A DNA stretch of 26,891 bases from an uncultured bacterium (lineage in GTDB: Bacteria; Abyssobacteria; SURF-5). A model generated the notes under the pieces. That model was not told the DNA's origin and ran no database searches. It saw only the letters and a list, made by a program, of their open reading frames with translations. The stretch's first letter is position 1, and every line of letters begins with the position of its first letter. Where the stretch lies: contig CAZSKP010000050.1 in NCBI GenBank assembly GCA_964607485.1, forward strand, positions 1 through 26,891, read 5' to 3'. Both the position numbers and the translations under genes were made by a program. Positions 26,891-26,891 of this stretch are shown piece after piece.

Positions 26891-26891
26891 T

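Noticed and set aside
1-26891. CRISPR arrays, tRNA/rRNA genes, transposases, integrases, phage genes
   Set aside because: No regularly spaced repeats, cloverleaf-like sequences or mobile-element motifs were seen by eye.

Overview
Bacterial chromosomal window, probably from an anaerobe. The left part (about 1-15400, + strand) is one co-directional cluster for cobalamin-dependent methyl transfer. It encodes two corrinoid proteins, a stand-alone methionine-synthase reactivation domain, three pyrrolysine-free MttB-superfamily methyltransferases, two AcsE/MtgA-type methyl-H4folate:corrinoid methyltransferases, a large class I SAM methyltransferase and an OpuC/OpuF-type quaternary-amine ABC importer. 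Unexpectedly, it also encodes two asparagine-synthetase-like amide ligases, one of which has lost its glutaminase catalytic residues. This combination suggests an uncharacterised pathway that couples amide formation to N-(de)methylation. The right part (about 15700-26891, - strand) holds accessory genes: a DUF1059 protein, a BetI-type TetR plus GPH/MFS transporter plus GNAT remnant with a clear promoter and operator, a CX8CX2C radical SAM enzyme resembling NikJ/PolH, a B12-dependent radical SAM enzyme, an ArnT-like glycosyltransferase, a secreted Cys-rich protein behind a CusR/CopR-like box, and a CusRS-like two-component system cut by the window end. I saw no rRNA, tRNA, CRISPR or transposase. 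All family assignments come from motif recognition by eye, not database searches.
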